Below are positions 22,707-24,000 of a stretch of DNA of 24,000 nucleotides, one piece after another. Source of the stretch: Aeromonas enteropelogenes (GTDB lineage: Bacteria; Pseudomonadota; Gammaproteobacteria; Enterobacterales; Aeromonadaceae). The notes beneath the pieces were generated by a model that did not search any database, was not told the origin of the DNA, and saw only the letters and a list, made by a program, of their open reading frames with translations. Positions within the stretch are counted from its first letter, which is position 1; every line of letters begins with the position of its first letter. A program made the translations under genes and the position numbers. The stretch covers positions 239,625 to 263,624 of the forward strand of contig NZ_CDCG01000037.1 in NCBI RefSeq assembly GCF_000819845.1, in the 5' to 3' direction.

Positions 22707-23276
22707 TCAGTATGTTCCCGTGTGGCGCAGCACTGCCTTGCCCGCCGCCTTGAGCGGATCATCCACCACGTTATCGACCCGATCCTTGGCGTTGCGTGCC
22801 TTGTGGTAGGCCTCATCCACCCCGGTCGCCTCGGCCGCCTTGCGCTTGGCGTAATCCCCCGGGTTCTCTACCGCATTCTCGACCCGTTGTTTGGTGTTGC
22901 GTGCCCTGTTGTAGGCTTCATCGACCCCGGCCGCCTCGGCCGCCTTGCGCTTGGCGTAATCCCCCGGGTTCTCTACCGCATTCTCGACCCGCTGCTTGGT
23001 GTTGCGCGCCTTGTTGTAGGCTTCATCGACCCCGGTCGCCTCGGCCGCCTTGCGCTTGGCGTAATCCCCCGGGTTCTCTACCGCATTCTCGACCCGCTGC
23101 TTGGTGCTGGCCGCCGAGCAGCGGCTGTTGACGCCGGTCGCGCTGTTGACCGCGGAACCTATCGCCACATCCTTGGCGCTGCAACCGGAGGAAAGAAGAT
23201 TGGCCTGGGACGGCAGGGAGGCCAGCGCCAGAGGCAGGAGGAGAAGGGACCAATGTTTTATGACAGAGTGCTTCAT
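22707..23276 (-). CDS. secreted 189-aa protein with a C-x20-C loop and three tandem 35-aa repeats (unknown family)
   Basis: Signal peptide MKHSVIKHWSLLLLPLALASLPSQA. The loop is GCSAKDVAIGSAVNSATGVNSRC. The unit TKQRVENAVENPGDYAKRKAAEA[TA]GVDEAY[NH][KR]ARN occurs three times, plus one degenerate unit. GGTGAG lies 6 nt upstream of the ATG, and the gene has its own terminator. Confidence 0.7.
   Translation of the reverse strand: MKHSVIKHWSLLLLPLALASLPSQANLLSSGCSAKDVAIGSAVNSATGVNSRCSAASTKQRVENAVENPGDYAKRKAAEATGVDEAYNKARNTKQRVENAVENPGDYAKRKAAEAAGVDEAYNRARNTKQRVENAVENPGDYAKRKAAEATGVDEAYHKARNAKDRVDNVVDDPLKAAGKAVLRHTGTY
22791..23105. repeat. 3 x 105-bp head-to-tail tandem repeat (in frame, inside the CDS)
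   Basis: Units are 22791-22895, 22896-23000 and 23001-23105. By my count they differ from each other at 3-7 positions, and a 59-nt core (GCCTCGGCCGCCTTGCGCTTGGCGTAATCCCCCGGGTTCTCTACCGCATTCTCGACCCG) is identical in all three. A diverged partial unit lies at about 22741-22790. Confidence 0.9.
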
Positions 23277-23415
23277 GACAGACTCACCATTGCTAATAAC
23301 ATGACGCAGCAGTGTACCCTCCCAGGCCCGGCCTTGGCACCGGATAGCTCCTTTATGCTCTTTAGGCTCCTCTGAGCCCGCTTTCTCCGTCAGTTTTTAA
23401 CGCGCCGATGACCTG

Positions 23416-23446
23416 CCAAACAAAAAGGGAGCCATTGGCTCCCTTT
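23416..23446 (-). terminator. rho-independent terminator of the 110-aa secreted-protein gene
   Basis: On the minus strand this reads AAAGGGAGCC-AAT-GGCTCCCTTT followed by TTGTTTGG. Confidence 0.75.
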
Positions 23447-23485
23447 CTTGCGCTACACGGCATACCGCTGGCGACTCCCAGCCAC

Positions 23486-23818
23486 TTAGCCCTTGTTGAC
23501 CACGGCGGTGGCGGCCGACTTGACCGGATCCTTCACCACCTTCTTCACGTCCTTGCTGGTCTGCTTGATATCGTCGCGCGTCTCCTTGAGGCCATCTGTC
23601 TTGTTGTCGATCGTCTCGGCGGTGTTCTTCTTCACCTCTTTCACTTCTTTCTTGGCGTCCTTGGTCTTCTGCTCCACCAGCTTGTCGGTATCACAGCGTC
23701 CCTTGACCCCCAGGGTCGCGTTGAGGGCTTCGTTTTTGGCCGCTTTTTCGAGATTGCACTCGGCCTGCACGCCGGCAGACAGCAACCCCAGGGAAACAAA
23801 CAGTATCCATGCACGCAT
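23486..23818 (-). CDS. secreted 110-aa Lys/Glu-rich protein with a C-x20-C loop, paralog of 22707..23276
   Basis: ATG 23818 gives the signal peptide MRAWILFVSLGLLSAGVQA, followed by ECNLEKAAKNEALNATLGVKGRC. It shares ALN-AT-GV--RC and the C-terminal V-DP[LV]K[AS]A motif with the neighbouring gene. The ORF-track start at 23887 adds 23 residues ahead of the signal peptide and was not used. Confidence 0.65.
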   Translation of the reverse strand: MRAWILFVSLGLLSAGVQAECNLEKAAKNEALNATLGVKGRCDTDKLVEQKTKDAKKEVKEVKKNTAETIDNKTDGLKETRDDIKQTSKDVKKVVKDPVKSAATAVVNKG

Positions 23819-24000
23819 GACAGCACCACTCTCTTTGATGGAAGAAACAGCAGCCAGCATATAACGCTGGTGGCCAAGCACAAGCACGAATACGAACGGA
23901 GCCCTTCATCATCAGGCCCAGGAAGAGGAGCCGACAGTTTCTGACCGATTTCGCCAAAAAAGATCTCCCCGGGCGGTCAACCAGCGCACGGGGTCATGTC

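Noticed and set aside
23335-23349. TGGCAC-CGGAT-AGCT, a sigma-54 -24-like element near the repeat-protein gene
   Set aside because: The -12 element (TTGC) is missing. The motif is also on the plus strand, pointing away from both neighbouring minus-strand genes.
22722-23375. 217-aa plus-strand ORF with its own striking repeats (PGRLGRLALGVIPRVLYRILDPL x3)
   Set aside because: It is the antisense reading of the 105-bp tandem repeats. It lacks a ribosome-binding site and a signal peptide. The minus-strand frame has a signal peptide, a ribosome-binding site, a terminator and a paralog next door.
1-24000. Scan for CRISPR arrays, tRNA/rRNA genes, IS elements, integrases and toxin-antitoxin pairs
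   Set aside because: I saw no regularly spaced short direct repeats and no tRNA-like GTTCGAATC/T-loop segments. No transposase- or integrase-like ORFs were present on either strand, and there were no terminal inverted repeats flanking the AT-rich islet. This was a by-eye scan only, so small elements could have been missed.

Overview
This is a 24-kb GC-rich gammaproteobacterial chromosomal segment. Protein similarity to enterobacterial TrmO, CybB, PhoPQ, YqhA and PuuB/R/P, together with codon usage, suggests Aeromonas or a close relative, but that attribution is a guess. From left to right the window holds a partial epimerase gene, trmO, cybB, a bactofilin gene, a phoPQ-like two-component pair and yqhA. 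Next comes a small, visibly AT-rich islet (an orphan 71-aa ORF and an ABM-domain gene) followed by a GNAT gene. The most interesting block follows: a sigma-54 enhancer-binding protein (7359-8666, minus strand) faces a textbook -24/-12 promoter (8979-8994) and a five-gene operon (9033-13451). The operon encodes two signal-peptide proteins with three N/Q/G-rich imperfect repeats each, a periplasmic C39-type peptidase, a fourth secreted protein with two repeat-like segments, and a coiled-coil plus beta-barrel outer-membrane protein. This reproduces the architecture of the Pseudomonas Fap functional-amyloid system without fapA. The right half is a putrescine/GABA catabolic cluster: puuB-puuR on the minus strand, gabD-gabT, and two tandem puuP importer paralogs. 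Each puuP copy is preceded by the same composite leader. It consists of a GTGCAAAWWAATG box (also present upstream of puuR), a TTGTCA-N17-CAMAAT promoter-like element, an intrinsic-terminator hairpin whose inter-copy differences are compensatory, a 7-4-7 palindrome, and a 43/46-codon upstream ORF whose stop codon overlaps the puuP ATG. The window ends with two monocistronic minus-strand genes for paralogous small secreted Lys/Glu-rich proteins sharing a C-x20-C loop; one contains three near-identical 105-bp tandem repeats. I recognised no rRNA, tRNA, CRISPR array, transposase or integrase.
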